Shown piece by piece: positions 12,200 through 21,558 of a stretch of 40,175 nucleotides of DNA. The stretch comes from Anaerolineae bacterium (lineage in GTDB: Bacteria > Chloroflexota > Anaerolineae > B4-G1 > DUEL01), in NCBI GenBank assembly GCA_041082215.1, contig JBDOIF010000111.1:62001-102175 (forward strand), in the 5' to 3' direction. A program made the translations under genes and the position numbers. The notes below the pieces were generated by a model. That model was not told the origin of the DNA, ran no database searches, and worked only from the letters and a program-made list of their open reading frames with translations. Numbering within the stretch: position 1 is the first letter of the stretch; each line of letters starts with the position of its first letter.

Positions 12200-13311
12200 C
12201 TTTCTTCCCCCACATTCATCCGGTTGAGACAGGCAAGGGCCTCCAGTGTGGCGAACACCACGATCTGATCCCCTCCCTGCAACACCAGACTTCCAGCCGG
12301 ATGGAAGTCAACCCCTTCGGAGCCCCGGTGAAGGATGATCGAAAGGTCCAGCTCCTGCTCCACCTCTTCCACCCGCTTTCCTGCCAGCGACGATCCGGGG
12401 GCCACCACCACCCGGCTGACGTTCAGCAACACATCGTCCACATAGAAGGAGTACTCGATCGCAGCACGAGTGGCGGCAGCGGCAAAGGCAGGAGCGGCCA
12501 GCGCCGAGGTGCTGAAAGCGGTCTGGATGCCGAAACCCCGGCGGACCCGTTCCGCCAGTTGCTGATCGAACATCCGCATCACAACCTTCACCTGCGGGTT
12601 AAGGTCCCGGGCCTCCAGGGCGATCTCCAGGTTGGTCAGGTCGCTCTCCGTGCACGCCACCACGGCCGAGGCCACCCCGACCCCTGCCTTCTGCAGGAGG
12701 TCCCGGTTACGGGCATCTCCGATCAGCACAGGTACTCCTTCCTGGCGGACACGGTTCACAAAGAGCGCTTCCGGGTCCTGCTCGATGCCCACCACTTCCT
12801 GCTCCATCCTGAGCAGTTCAAGGGTAACCCGGTAGCCCACCTTGCCCATCCCGCAGACAACAACATGGTTTCGGTAAGTTGACGCCAGGGCCACCTGCCA
12901 GGCCTCCCTTCGTTCATGTCGGTTGAAGAGGGCGGTACCAAACCTCACCACCCCGTTGACGACCAGTACACCTCCCAGGATCGGCCACAGGACGAAGACC
13001 GCCTGGGCCAAAGGGTGGAAAGGATAGTCCCCCACCACCTCAAAGAACATCAGATTGAGAACGATGTAGAAAGCCGCGTCCCAGCGGAGGGGGTGAGCAG
13101 GGTCACAGGTGAGGCAGAGGATCAGGGTGCCGAGGAGGAGCAGGAGGATAAAGATGAGGAGAGTATGACGGAACTGGCCGATCAGGACGCGGGTATCCCG
13201 CCAGTAGGCGCGAGCGGCTCGCCGGACCTGCCGGAGCTTCTTCTCTCTATCCGAACTGCCCGGCTGTAGAAGCCCGACCGGGTTTCCCCCCCGTCCCTGT
13301 GTCCTTTCCAT
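12130..13311 (-). CDS. Membrane protein with TrkA_N/TrkA_C (RCK) domains, potassium-channel-like
   Basis: Hydrophobic N-terminal helices, HVVVCGMGKVG Rossmann motif, GDARNRDLL, TESDLTNL, and a C-terminal TrkA_C (GSSLAGKRV...LQGGDQIVV). Start at 13311 is approximate. Confidence 0.85.
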   Translation of the reverse strand: MERTQGRGGNPVGLLQPGSSDREKKLRQVRRAARAYWRDTRVLIGQFRHTLLIFILLLLLGTLILCLTCDPAHPLRWDAAFYIVLNLMFFEVVGDYPFHPLAQAVFVLWPILGGVLVVNGVVRFGTALFNRHERREAWQVALASTYRNHVVVCGMGKVGYRVTLELLRMEQEVVGIEQDPEALFVNRVRQEGVPVLIGDARNRDLLQKAGVGVASAVVACTESDLTNLEIALEARDLNPQVKVVMRMFDQQLAERVRRGFGIQTAFSTSALAAPAFAAAATRAAIEYSFYVDDVLLNVSRVVVAPGSSLAGKRVEEVEQELDLSIILHRGSEGVDFHPAGSLVLQGGDQIVVFATLEALACLNRMNVGEERCPAPEQGLRGWVDRLRRKKRRQ

Positions 13312-13321
13312 AAGCTGAAGC

Positions 13322-13684
13322 TCAGGGCTCGGGGGGGCATCCCCGGGCCTCCCACTCCCTCCACTCCTCCTCCATCCGCATCTCGGCCGACACCCACTCC
13401 CCATGGACGCGGCGCACCAGATAGCTGGAGACGCAGTCATGCCACTCCGCGTGGGGGCAGCTCCAGCAGCGGTATCCGACCCGGACGCACCAGATCTGCT
13501 CCACTCCGGCTGTCTCGTCCTCGGGCAGCAGGTCGGCTTTGCGGGCGGAGAGGATATAGGGCTGCTCCTCGGAGGGAAAGGAGGCCAGCACCGCCTCTCT
13601 GGCCTCCCTGGGCAAAGAGGAACAGGCGACGAGAAAGACCAGCAGCAACAGACCCCCGCCGCAGCAAATCGAACGGCCCTTCAT
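13322..13684 (-). CDS. Cys/Trp-rich putative lipoprotein
   Basis: LLLLVFLVAC lipobox; mature part has five further Cys; GGAGGGG RBS upstream. Confidence 0.7.
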   Translation of the reverse strand: MKGRSICCGGGLLLLVFLVACSSLPREAREAVLASFPSEEQPYILSARKADLLPEDETAGVEQIWCVRVGYRCWSCPHAEWHDCVSSYLVRRVHGEWVSAEMRMEEEWREWEARGCPPEP

Positions 13685-13739
13685 CACACCACCCCTCCAC
13701 TATGGAGTATAGACCGACAGGGTGAAGCTGTCAATCTTG

Positions 13740-13948
13740 AGGGGTGTATTTCAATTTCGGGGCGAGTAGTCCTCCCGCTCGCCGGTGGATCGCGAATCCC
13801 ACGAATGGCCCGAATACAGCGAACACGAATACAGCGAACAGGAGGGATCCCTGCTCCATTCGCGGTATTCGTTTCCATTCGCGCCATTCGTGTTTCCCCA
13901 GGTCCAGCCCGGGCCAGGGGTATCTCGCCCCCCAACTGAAATACACCT
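13740..13948. mobile_element. MITE-like element, copy 2 (inverted relative to 957-1143)
   Basis: GGTGTATTTCA...TGAAATACACC TIRs. Internal sequence is the reverse complement of copy 1, with an extra CGAATACAGCGAACA unit. Confidence 0.8.
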
Positions 13949-13969
13949 ATGGTGAACTTCAGCCTTTTG

Positions 13970-13978
13970 TGGTACAAT
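13970..13978 (+). promoter_or_regulatory. Extended -10 promoter (TGnTACAAT) of the selenoprotein-PrsW operon
   Basis: TGGTACAAT about 30 nt before ATG 14008, with a GAGGAGG RBS in between. Confidence 0.55.
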
Positions 13979-14007
13979 GAAATTCAGCCCGATCGAGGAG
14001 GTTTAGA

Positions 14008-15249
14008 ATGCGAAAGACCTGGTTCCCGCTGGCTGTGGGGGCCTTGCTGATGATGGCTGTCGGGTGTGGTGGTGGGCAGACCACTCCTACCAGCAATGTC
14101 CCCACGCTGGAGACCACTGCCACGGCAGAGGCCTCGCCCCCGCCGACAAGCTCGCCCGGGCAGGCCGCCTGTCGGGCCGTCTCCCCCGTCGGCTATCCCG
14201 TTGACGACGTTCCCCCGGTCACCGACCAGGATTGGTCCATCGGCCCCGCCGACGCGCCGGTCACTCTGATCGAGTACGCGGACTTCCAGTGACCGGGCTG
14301 CGCAGGGATGCATCCCCTGCTGGCGCGTCTGGTAGACGTGCACGGAGACAATCTGCGGTTCGTATACCGGCACTTTCCGTTGAGCTTTCACGATAAATCC
14401 ATGATCACCGCCGAGGCAGCAGAGGCCGCCGGGGCCCAGGGCCACTTCTGGGAAATGCACGATCTGCTGTACGAACGATACCAGGAATGGATCCAGTTCT
14501 CCGCTGACCAGATGCCTCAGGTACTGGCCGGCTACGCCCGGGAGCTTGGGCTGGACGTGGACCGATTTATGCGGGACCTGGAGAACCATACGTTCCAGGA
14601 GAAGGCGCAGGCCCAATACGAGGAGGCGGTGAGGTTGCAACTGCCCGGCACCCCCACTTTCATCGTCAACGGTCGAATGTATCCCGCCGACCAGTGGGGT
14701 CTTTCCTATCTGGGCGTGGACGCTTTCATCCGGCTGGCGACGCTGAAGCAGTACGACGCCCCACCGCCCCAGGTGATCGAGCCTGGAAAGCAGTACCGGG
14801 CCACCATCCGCACGGCGAAAGGGGACATCGTGATCGAACTCTACGCCGACCAGGCACCGGTCAACGTCAACAGCTTTGTCTTCCTGGCCCGGGATGGGTG
14901 GTACGACGGCATTATCTTCCACCGCGTCATCCCGGAGTTCGTCGCCCAATCCGGCGACCCCACCGGCACAGGGGCTGGCGGGCCGGGCTATCAGTGCGAC
15001 GATGAGATCGGCGGGCTGTCGTTCGATCAGGCCGGCATCGTGGGGATCGCCAACGCTGGCCCCAACACCGGCGGCAGTCAGTTCTTCATCACCCTTTCCC
15101 CTCAGCCTGGCCTGGACGGGCGCTATACGATCATCGGCAAGGTGGTGAAGGGGATGGACGTGCTCCAGAGCCTTGCCCCCCGCGATCCCGGCGACCCGGA
15201 AGCTCCGGCCGGGGACGTGATCGAGACCATCCTCATCGAAGAACAATGA
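14008..15249 (+). CDS. Lipoprotein: DsbA/thioredoxin-like domain with selenocysteine (U95-P-G-C98; TGA at 14290-14292) fused to a cyclophilin-type peptidyl-prolyl isomerase, 413 aa
   Basis: ORFs 14008-14292 and 14308-15249 are in the same frame. The read is [22 protein letters not shown], so TGA occupies the first Cys of the CxxC. Also [28 protein letters not shown], and cyclophilin motifs [19 protein letters not shown] and [15 protein letters not shown]. Lipobox MAVGC. Confidence 0.88.
14302..14341 (+). promoter_or_regulatory. Candidate bacterial SECIS stem-loop(s) immediately 3' of the Sec codon
   Basis: GCAGGGATGCATCCCCTGC hairpin (14302-14320) and GCGCGTCT-GGT-AGACGTGC hairpin (14323-14341). 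Confidence 0.5.
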
Positions 15250-16499
15250 CGGAGATCGAGGCAGGCCCAGGAGGACTGTTGGGACCAGAGGGGAGCGGGA
15301 GGGTGGGGGCGTCCTCCCCTCCCTCCCTCCGCCAGCTCTTAGGGCTGGCAGGGGCAGTGGTGGGGCTATCTGTGGCCTTCGCCTCCTGTGTCTGCGGCCC
15401 TGCGATGACCGTGCTGGTTGAGCTGGGCAGCGAGATCGCTCTGGACGAGATGGCCGTCCAGCAGACGCTGGCTCTGTCGGTGCTCGGAGGCGGACTGGGG
15501 CTGGCTGTGGCGCTGGAGGGCTGGCGGGTCTGGCAAAGACGTCCCTCTCCCCCCTTCCACCCTCAAAGGACCTGGGTGCTGTGGCTGATCCTTCTGCCCC
15601 TCCTGATGACCGGCTTCCTGGTCTCCACGATGGACCTGGCCCCTGCATACCTCCTCCCCTTCATCAATACCCTTACAATGTTGCTGTTGCCAGCCCTGGT
15701 CCTCGGTATGGTGGGGCGGGCGCTGGGCGGAGCCGGCGGAAGCTGGCGGGATGTGCTGGGAGGGGTGGTAAGCGGTGCCTCTCTGGGCACCGGCCTGGCC
15801 GTCGTCCTCGAGATCGGCCTGCTGGCCTTTCTCGTCGCTGGCGCGCTGGTGATGGGGCTGCTCCCTGCGGATTTGACCAGCCTGGAGTCGTGGGAAGGGC
15901 AGCTCAATGACCCCAGCCTCCTCTACGATCCTGAAACCCTGCTTGAGCTCCTCAGCCCGACTGTGATCGCGGCGGTCTTCCTCTTCGTCGCCGTGCTGAC
16001 CCCCCTGGCGGAGGAGATGACGAAGACCCTGGGAGTGGGGATTGCGGGGGCGTGGCTGCGCCCTGCCCCCGCGCGCGCCTTTCTGTTGGGGGCAGCCTCC
16101 GGGGCGGGGTTTGCCCTGGCGGAGAACCTGCTGAACGGCGCCATCATCGGCAGCCTGTGGGGGCCGGGGACCCTGAGCCGGCTGGCGGCGACGCTGATGC
16201 ACTGCGCTACCGGCGGGCTGATGGGCTGGGGCTGGGGAGAGCTATGGGGTGGGAAACACCCGTGGCGGCTGGTGTTGAGCTTCACCGGGGCGGTGATGGT
16301 CCACGGAGTGTGGAACGGCCTGGCCGTAGGGGCCGCTGTTGGAGGGCTGATGGCCTCCGCCAGTGAGGCCGATCCGGCTCAGGCCGCCGCTGCTGGCCTG
16401 GCGGTGGCGGTGCTGGTGGTCCTGCTGATGCTGATCGCTATCGCAGCTCTGGTCGGGATCGTGTGGGCAGCGCGGAGGTTGGGACAGAAGACCGTCTAA
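15246..16499 (+). CDS. PrsW family glutamic-type intramembrane protease
   Basis: Multiple TM helices; [19 protein letters not shown] and HGVWN motifs; ATGA overlap with the upstream gene. Confidence 0.88.
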   Translation: MTEIEAGPGGLLGPEGSGRVGASSPPSLRQLLGLAGAVVGLSVAFASCVCGPAMTVLVELGSEIALDEMAVQQTLALSVLGGGLGLAVALEGWRVWQRRPSPPFHPQRTWVLWLILLPLLMTGFLVSTMDLAPAYLLPFINTLTMLLLPALVLGMVGRALGGAGGSWRDVLGGVVSGASLGTGLAVVLEIGLLAFLVAGALVMGLLPADLTSLESWEGQLNDPSLLYDPETLLELLSPTVIAAVFLFVAVLTPLAEEMTKTLGVGIAGAWLRPAPARAFLLGAASGAGFALAENLLNGAIIGSLWGPGTLSRLAATLMHCATGGLMGWGWGELWGGKHPWRLVLSFTGAVMVHGVWNGLAVGAAVGGLMASASEADPAQAAAAGLAVAVLVVLLMLIAIAALVGIVWAARRLGQKTV

Positions 16500-17659
16500 C
16501 GGCCAACTCCGCGCGCTACCTCCTGCTCCCACCGCTCCACTGCCCCCTCCAGGTTGTACTGCTGCTGCACGAACCGTCGGCCTGCCTGTCCCAGCCGTTC
16601 CCGCTCCGCTGGCTCCTCCAGCAGCCGCACCACCGCTTCGGCGAAACTCGCCGGGTCGTCTGCCACCAGCAGATGTTCCCCGGGCACCCCCCCCACCCCG
16701 TGGTTGCTCACCGACGTCGCCACCACCGGCACCCCCATCGCCAGCGCGTCCACCACCTTCTGCAACAGCCCGCCGGCCACCAGAAGCGGCGAGACAAAGA
16801 CCGCCGCCGCCCGATACCACGGGGCCAGGTCCTCCACAAAACCAGAGACAAAGACCCGCTCCCCGTCGTGGAGGGCCTGAACCTCCGGTGGGGGGCCATA
16901 CCCCACCACGTAGAAGCGAGCCTGGGCGACCCGCGCCACCACCTGTGGCCACACCTCCTCCACGAACCACCGCACCCCCTGCACGTTGAAGCTCCGGTAC
17001 ATCGCCCCCACGAACAGCACGTTCGGTCCCGGAGGAACGGCAGGCGGGACCGATTCGTCGGCGGAGAAGGCGGGAGCCAGCGGCAGGACGAGGACAGGAC
17101 GCGGGCGGCAGTGGGGGGCCAGCAGCCGCCGGTCCCCCTCAGAGATGGCACAGATCAGGTCGTAGCGGCGGCAGAGCCAATATTCGACGGGGCGCAACAG
17201 GCGGGAAAGGACCAGGAGCCCAGCCCGGCTCGGGCCGGGCCGCCTGGCTGCCTGCTGCTCCAGCAGAAACCAGTTGACGTCCAGTGGGCGGAAAGAGGAG
17301 AAGGGCTGACGCAGCCCCAGGAGAGCAAAGGCCGTCTGCGTTACCTCTACGTGCAACAGGTCGGGCTGCACCTCCCGCAGCAAGCGGGCAGCAGCCCGTC
17401 GCAGGGCCAGGTAGGAGCGAATGAAGGCCACCGGAAAGGGGCCGGGCAGGGCCCGGTGGTGGGGGACCGTTACGATCCGCTCGCAGTAAGGGACGGTCTC
17501 CCCCACCAGTTCCGCCTCTTCCCGTCGCAGGCGGGCCACCAGGAAGAGGCGATGGCCCCGCCGGTGAAGGGATTCTATAAACCGAAAAACCGCCCGCCCC
17601 CCGGCGTGGCCCACCGAAGGGGCGGGAAACTCTTTGTAGACGATCAGAACCCGTGCCAC
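16496..17659 (-). CDS. Glycosyltransferase family 4 (GT-B)
   Basis: VLFVGAM...NVQGVRWF, SGFVEDL, KVVDALAMGVPVVATS. GTG start 17659 after the rnj stop. Confidence 0.88.
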   Translation of the reverse strand: MARVLIVYKEFPAPSVGHAGGRAVFRFIESLHRRGHRLFLVARLRREEAELVGETVPYCERIVTVPHHRALPGPFPVAFIRSYLALRRAAARLLREVQPDLLHVEVTQTAFALLGLRQPFSSFRPLDVNWFLLEQQAARRPGPSRAGLLVLSRLLRPVEYWLCRRYDLICAISEGDRRLLAPHCRPRPVLVLPLAPAFSADESVPPAVPPGPNVLFVGAMYRSFNVQGVRWFVEEVWPQVVARVAQARFYVVGYGPPPEVQALHDGERVFVSGFVEDLAPWYRAAAVFVSPLLVAGGLLQKVVDALAMGVPVVATSVSNHGVGGVPGEHLLVADDPASFAEAVVRLLEEPAERERLGQAGRRFVQQQYNLEGAVERWEQEVARGVGR

Positions 17660-17663
17660 ACCC

Positions 17664-19319
17664 CTATTCCTCCACCGGCACGACGATGATCTCCGGCCGG
17701 TTCTTGCTCCGTCCGTAGAAAAAGTCGGAAAGGGCGCGCTGAAGCGCCAGCTCCAGGTCCGCCAGTGCCGTTCCTGGCTGGACCCCCCGTATCGTCCGGC
17801 GGGCCACCTCCTGAGCATCGCCCAGCATCTTCTCGGCCATGCCCGGCGAGGCGAAGCCGCGGAGGATGAGCCGGACGGTCCCGACAGCCTCTCTCCGGTG
17901 GGAGTCGTATCGGAAGACGACGACACATACACCTGCCGTCGCCAGCGTCTCCCGCTCCCGGATGACCGACGGGTCCACCGCCTCCCCCACCCAGATGCCG
18001 TCTACGAAGACGTAACCGCCCGGAACGCGCTCGCCCACCTGGACCTGATCGTTTTCAAAGGTGAGCACATATCCGTTCTCAACCACCGCAATCCGGTCCT
18101 CGGGGATCCCCAGCTCTAAAGCCAGACGGGCATGCTGTTTGAGATGGCGAAGCTCGCCGTGGATCGGCAGGAAGTTGCGCGGCCGGAGGATGTTCAGGAG
18201 CAGCTTCTGTTCCTCCTGGCTGGCATGGCCAGAGACATGGACCGGGGCGAGGGGATGGTAGATCACGTCCGCCCCCTTCTGGAAGAGGCGGTTGATGACC
18301 CGGTGGGTCATTTCCTCATTGCCTGGGATAGTATGGGAGGAGAGGATCACCGTATCCCCCGGCTGGATGCGCAGGGAGCGGTGTTGCCCTGTGGAAAGCC
18401 GGCTCAGGACGGCGGTCGGCTCACCCTGCGCACCGGTGGCCAGGATCATTAACTGCTGGGGTGGGATGTGCTCGATCTCCCCCAGCGCCACCTGCATCCC
18501 CTCTGGAACCTGGAGGTAGCCCAGCTTCTGCGCCATTTTCACGTTCTCTGCCATTGTGCTGCCGGCGATGGCAAACCTGCGGCCATATCGGGCCGCCACA
18601 TCTATGGCCTGCTGGATGCGGGAGATGAGGGAGGCAAAGGTGGCGATGATCACCCGCCCTTTCGCCCTGCGCATCGCCGCGTCCAGCGCTTCGGTGACCA
18701 CCTGCTCCGAGGGCGTGGTCCCGGGTTCGACGGCGTTGGTGCTATCGGCCATCAGGAGCAACACCCCTCTTCCGGCGAACTCCGCCAGCTTGGCAAAGTC
18801 GGTGGGCCGGCCGTCTACGGGCGTGTGGTCGAACTTGAAATCGCCGGAATGGACGATCAGGCCGGCAGGGGTGGTGATCCCCAGCCCCACCGTGTCCGGG
18901 ATCGAGTGGCAGACATGGAACGGCTCGACGATGAACGGCCCGATCCGAACCTCGTCGCCCGGCGCGTAGGTGTGGAGCGTGACATCCTGAAGCAGGTGGG
19001 CAGCTCGCAGTTTGACCTCGATGAGGCCCCGGGTCAGTCGGGTGGCGTAGATGGGAACATTGAACTCTCGCAGAAAGTAGGGAAGGGCTCCCACGTGGTC
19101 CTCGTGGCCGTGGGTGATGACAATAGCGCGCACCAGCTCTTTCTTATCCCGCAGATAGCCGTAGTCGGGGATGATAAAATCCACACCGTGCATATCGGAC
19201 TCGGGGAACATCAGCCCCGCGTCCACAACCAGGATATTGCGGCCGTACTCGATGGCCATCATATTCTTCCCTACCTCCCCCAAACCACCCAGGGGGACAA
19301 TCCGCAACTGCTCGGCCAT
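17664..19319 (-). CDS. rnj: Ribonuclease J
   Basis: PLGGLGEVGKNM, THGHEDHVG, HSIPD, SGDFKFD, HVSGHAS, PIHGE. Confidence 0.96.
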   Translation of the reverse strand: MAEQLRIVPLGGLGEVGKNMMAIEYGRNILVVDAGLMFPESDMHGVDFIIPDYGYLRDKKELVRAIVITHGHEDHVGALPYFLREFNVPIYATRLTRGLIEVKLRAAHLLQDVTLHTYAPGDEVRIGPFIVEPFHVCHSIPDTVGLGITTPAGLIVHSGDFKFDHTPVDGRPTDFAKLAEFAGRGVLLLMADSTNAVEPGTTPSEQVVTEALDAAMRRAKGRVIIATFASLISRIQQAIDVAARYGRRFAIAGSTMAENVKMAQKLGYLQVPEGMQVALGEIEHIPPQQLMILATGAQGEPTAVLSRLSTGQHRSLRIQPGDTVILSSHTIPGNEEMTHRVINRLFQKGADVIYHPLAPVHVSGHASQEEQKLLLNILRPRNFLPIHGELRHLKQHARLALELGIPEDRIAVVENGYVLTFENDQVQVGERVPGGYVFVDGIWVGEAVDPSVIRERETLATAGVCVVVFRYDSHRREAVGTVRLILRGFASPGMAEKMLGDAQEVARRTIRGVQPGTALADLELALQRALSDFFYGRSKNRPEIIVVPVEE

Positions 19320-19363
19320 GCTGCTCCTCCCTCGCTCACCCAATTACCCAATCACCCAGTCAC

Positions 19364-20158
19364 TTAGTCACCCATCCCCCCTCCCCTTCGCCGCTGCCGC
19401 GCCGCCTCGAAGAGGATCACCGCTGCTGCCACCACCGCATTGAGGGACTCCACTCCCCCCGCCAGCGGGATCGCGACCCCGGCATCGGCCAGAGCACGGG
19501 CCTGCTCCCCTGCCCCTGCTCCCTCCGTGCCCACAATCAACGCCGCCGGCTCCGTCCAATCCACCTCGGTGTAGATGAGCTCCGCACGGGCGGCGGCCAG
19601 ATAGACCCGGCTGCCTGCCACGGCCTGAGGGATGCGCTCCCAATCCATTGCCGCAATTGGAAGATAGAAGTGGGCTCCCATCGCTGCCCGCACCGCCCTG
19701 GGGTTGGAGGCATCCGCTGTCCCCGGCGGCAGGATGACCCATTCCACACCTGCTGCCAGCGCCGTGCGCAGAAGCGCCCCCAGATCACCGGGGGCCCTTA
19801 ACCGGTCGGGGATCAGCGTCAGCGTGGGCCGCTCCGGGAGAGGAAGGTCCGGCATCGGCACCACTGCCAGCATCTCCTGGGGGACCTCCGTATCGGAGCA
19901 GGCCTCCATCACAGCGGGGCTTACCTCCAGGCAGGGGACCCCCGCTTCTCTCCACGCCTCGAGCAGGGCGGCTCCCCTTTCGATTGTCTGGGCCTTTGCC
20001 GTATAGAAGACGAAATGGGGCTCCACACCGGCGCGGGCAGCCTCCTCGCAGAGCCGCACCCCCTCGATCACAAAGCGGCGCTCCCGCTGGCGGACCCGTC
20101 GCCGTTCCTGGAGTGCTCTTACCAGGCGGACCCGGTCGTTTTTCAGGCTGGTGATCAT
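19364..20158 (-). CDS. TrmH/SpoU family RNA 2'-O-methyltransferase
   Basis: MITSLKN..FVIEG N-terminal domain; PGDLGALLRTA, VRAAMGA, GTEGAG, IPLAGGVESLNA. Confidence 0.9.
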   Translation of the reverse strand: MITSLKNDRVRLVRALQERRRVRQRERRFVIEGVRLCEEAARAGVEPHFVFYTAKAQTIERGAALLEAWREAGVPCLEVSPAVMEACSDTEVPQEMLAVVPMPDLPLPERPTLTLIPDRLRAPGDLGALLRTALAAGVEWVILPPGTADASNPRAVRAAMGAHFYLPIAAMDWERIPQAVAGSRVYLAAARAELIYTEVDWTEPAALIVGTEGAGAGEQARALADAGVAIPLAGGVESLNAVVAAAVILFEAARQRRRGGGMGD

Positions 20159-20179
20159 ACCTTACCCCGATAAGAGACA

Positions 20180-20208
20180 AAGGGGCCGGCAGGAGGCCCC
20201 GGCCCCTT
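20180..20208 (-). terminator. Intrinsic terminator after the LysM gene
   Basis: AAGGGGCCGG/CCGGCCCCTT stem followed on the minus strand by TGTCTCTT. Confidence 0.6.
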
Positions 20209-20232
20209 GTGCGTCGCACCTCAGCCTGCGGC

Positions 20233-20916
20233 CTATGGTGTGGCAGGGATACGGATGACCTGACCCACGTAGATGCGGTGGGGGTTGGCGATCCCGTTAT
20301 AGGCAGCCAGATACAGGTAGTTCAGGTTGTATCGAAGAGCGATGCGGAAGAGATTATCCCCCGGCTGGACCGTGTAGAGCGTCTCACCACCGGTCACCGG
20401 CGGGGTCGGCGTCCCCGTTCCACGGCCAGGGATACGGATCACCTGCCCCACGTAGATCTGGTGCGGATTGACTATATTGTTGTAGGCCGCCAGCTCTTCA
20501 TACCGCATTCCAAACCGCAGGGCGATGCGGAAGAGGTTATCCCCCGGCTGGACTATGTAGGTTGTCTCCTGGGAAGGAGTCGCTGTTGTGGGGACAGGCG
20601 TTGGCTGGACAGGAGGCGGCGTGGGGGTGGGAGCGGGAGGGGAGGTGGGCACGACAGTGGGCTGAGCCGTCGGGATTGAGGTGGGCTGAGCTGTCGGCTC
20701 CACGGTCGGTGTCGCTAGGGGGGACTCGGCGATCGCCGTCAGCGTGGCGCTGTATCCGGCCGCCTCCATGCCGAGCTGCTCCATTCCCTCCTCGATCAGC
20801 TCCTGTTCCGAAGGAGTGGGGGTGACGTCGGGCGCAGCGGGCATATAACACCCTGCCAGCAGTACGACCATCACCATCAGGCCAGCCACCACCGGGAACG
20901 CAATGGTCCCTTTCAT
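20233..20916 (-). CDS. Lipoprotein with Pro/Thr linker and two LysM peptidoglycan-binding domains
   Basis: LLAGC lipobox; PT-rich linker; two YxVQPGDNLFRIALR...IYVGQVIRIP repeats. Confidence 0.92.
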   Translation of the reverse strand: MKGTIAFPVVAGLMVMVVLLAGCYMPAAPDVTPTPSEQELIEEGMEQLGMEAAGYSATLTAIAESPLATPTVEPTAQPTSIPTAQPTVVPTSPPAPTPTPPPVQPTPVPTTATPSQETTYIVQPGDNLFRIALRFGMRYEELAAYNNIVNPHQIYVGQVIRIPGRGTGTPTPPVTGGETLYTVQPGDNLFRIALRYNLNYLYLAAYNGIANPHRIYVGQVIRIPATP

Positions 20917-20963
20917 TTCGAGCCTCCTTCTATTGAGCCGCCGGGCCGGCTTGCACATCTTTC

Positions 20964-20992
20964 ATATTACCATAATGTGAAAGGGGCGTCAA
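20964..20992 (-). promoter_or_regulatory. Sigma70-type promoter for the LysM gene
   Basis: Minus strand TTGACG-17 nt-TAATAT. Confidence 0.6.
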
Positions 20993-21038
20993 GCAAGACA
21001 ACGAGCTGCAGTCAGCGTCTGAATAGTTATAATTGACG

Positions 21039-21524
21039 ATGCGCAGAACATATAAGGTTTATTTCGCCCTTGTAGCATTGCTCTCTCTATTACCACTTTC
21101 TGTCGTTTCCAAAAGCCTTGCCTTGCAGAGCTACTACACCGGCACGCACGATTCTATGTGGGGATGGCGACAGGCTGACAGGTTTTATTATGACAATAAT
21201 TGCCCAGGCTCTGTCTATCTTGAGCGTGTCCGACAAACTGTCTACAATTACTCTGGCTCAAAGATTGATTGCAGTTGGACAAGTGTCGTGGATGGCACTC
21301 AGACTGAGAAGGAGTGGCGATATTTGGACTTGGACATTCTACCAGGTGGTTCAAGGCAGTATTATATGACCCTTGGAAGCACAACTTATACAACAAAAAG
21401 TCCAGGAGAGGTGGTCGTAGTCACGGCTGGAGCATCTAGGCATAGCATGTGCTTAGGATACACCGGGGCCTGGGAAGTCTGGTTCTGGAGCAATGGTTCG
21501 ATCACCAGGAACTGGGTCGAGTAA
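21039..21524 (+). CDS. Secreted hypothetical protein (AT-richer, aromatic-rich, signal peptide)
   Basis: MRRTYKVYFALVALLSLLPLSVVSKSLA signal peptide; GC clearly lower than flanks; TATAAT (21028-21033) just before the ATG. Confidence 0.7.
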   Translation: MRRTYKVYFALVALLSLLPLSVVSKSLALQSYYTGTHDSMWGWRQADRFYYDNNCPGSVYLERVRQTVYNYSGSKIDCSWTSVVDGTQTEKEWRYLDLDILPGGSRQYYMTLGSTTYTTKSPGEVVVVTAGASRHSMCLGYTGAWEVWFWSNGSITRNWVE

Positions 21525-21558
21525 GCACGGACCGGCTTTAAGTTTGGATGGGGGAAAA

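Noticed and set aside
14008..14292. Reading as a nonsense-mutated pseudogene or two separate genes
   Set aside because: The stop is TGA precisely at the catalytic Cys position, both halves are otherwise intact and in frame, and hairpins follow. Sec is more parsimonious, though unproven.
19364..20158. TrmH motif deviations (PGDLG, GTEG)
   Set aside because: Within plausible family variation; not enough to call the enzyme inactive.
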